Part shown: in pieces, positions 63,712-64,000 of the stretch
How the letters are laid out: each line of letters opens with the position of its first letter
Position numbering within the stretch: position 1 is the first letter of the stretch
Assembly (NCBI GenBank): GCA_035690905.1
Contig: DASSKA010000109.1
Coordinates: 319-64,318 of the forward strand
Reading direction: 5' to 3'
Source of the DNA: Nocardioidaceae bacterium
Lineage (GTDB): Bacteria; Actinomycetota; Actinomycetes; Propionibacteriales; Nocardioidaceae
DNA: 64,000 bases
Notes under the pieces: generated by a model
Database searches by the model: none
Seen by the model: the letters and a program-made list of their open reading frames with translations, nothing else
What the model was told of the DNA's origin: nothing
Translations under genes and position numbers: made by a program

Positions 63712-63915
63712 CTACTCTCCGCCTTTCTGGATGAAGGACTTCACGAAGTCCTCCGCGTTGGTCTCGAGGACGTCGTCGATCTCCCCGAGGATCGCATCGA
63801 TGTCCTCGTCGAGCTGCTCCTTGCGGTCGGACACGGACTCCGACGTGGACTCCGGGGGCTGCTCGACCTCCTCGGTCTCCCCCGACTTCCGCGGCTGCTT
63901 GTGCTCCTGTGCCAT
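63712..63915 (-). CDS. pup: Prokaryotic ubiquitin-like protein Pup (C-terminal GGE)
   Basis: RBS GAGGAGG, then ATG at 63915. 67 aa, acidic and disordered, ending in FVKSFIQKGGE. Confidence 0.92.
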   Translation of the reverse strand: MAQEHKQPRKSGETEEVEQPPESTSESVSDRKEQLDEDIDAILGEIDDVLETNAEDFVKSFIQKGGE

Positions 63916-64000
63916 GGACGCCTCCTCGGATGCACGTCGCGTGGTCCGTCCGACCACGCGAAAGCCTCTTACCCAGACCCTACCGAGTCAGAGCCGCAAA

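Overview
High-GC actinobacterial chromosomal DNA, densely coding, mostly conserved core genes. I recognised no rRNA, tRNA, CRISPR array, transposase or integrase.

Gene order matches three conserved actinobacterial blocks known from Mycobacterium tuberculosis:
- 1-7056: DUF881, gcvH, garA, MerR, bifunctional nuclease, MerR, then a glycine riboswitch and gcvP (Rv1825-Rv1832-like).
- 38.3-41.6 kb: rbpA, fxsA, ppm1, lnt (Rv2050-Rv2053c-like).
- 49-64 kb: 5'-3' exonuclease, helY, tatC, tatA, pafC, pafB, pafA, prcA, prcB, pup (Rv2090-Rv2111c-like).

Between these blocks lie more variable genes:
- a TldD/PmbA pair, SRPBCC+ArsR, sbcCD, fdhD and pepN;
- an araC-VOC-uvrA-paralog operon followed by a zinc-ribbon polytopic membrane protein;
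- orphan secreted proteins;
- an XRE-HTH::MurA-like fusion with an AT-rich palindromic operator;
- a Zn-peptidase/ZIP transporter divergon;
- a lysine aminomutase (kamA/kdd/kamDE/kal) cluster.

Most worth a second look:
1. The HTH-MurA fusion and its operator.
2. Two inverted arrays of a 22-nt tandem repeat bracketing a Nudix gene between pafA and prcA.
3. The lysine-fermentation-type cluster, which lacks kce and carries an embedded amidohydrolase.
4. A 436-nt hairpin-rich non-coding gap upstream of lnt.

Gene starts were refined by hand from the ORF track, using RBS, start-codon and homology logic. Many long ORFs in the track are antisense or out-of-frame high-GC artefacts. All product calls rest on motif and family recognition by eye, not on database searches.
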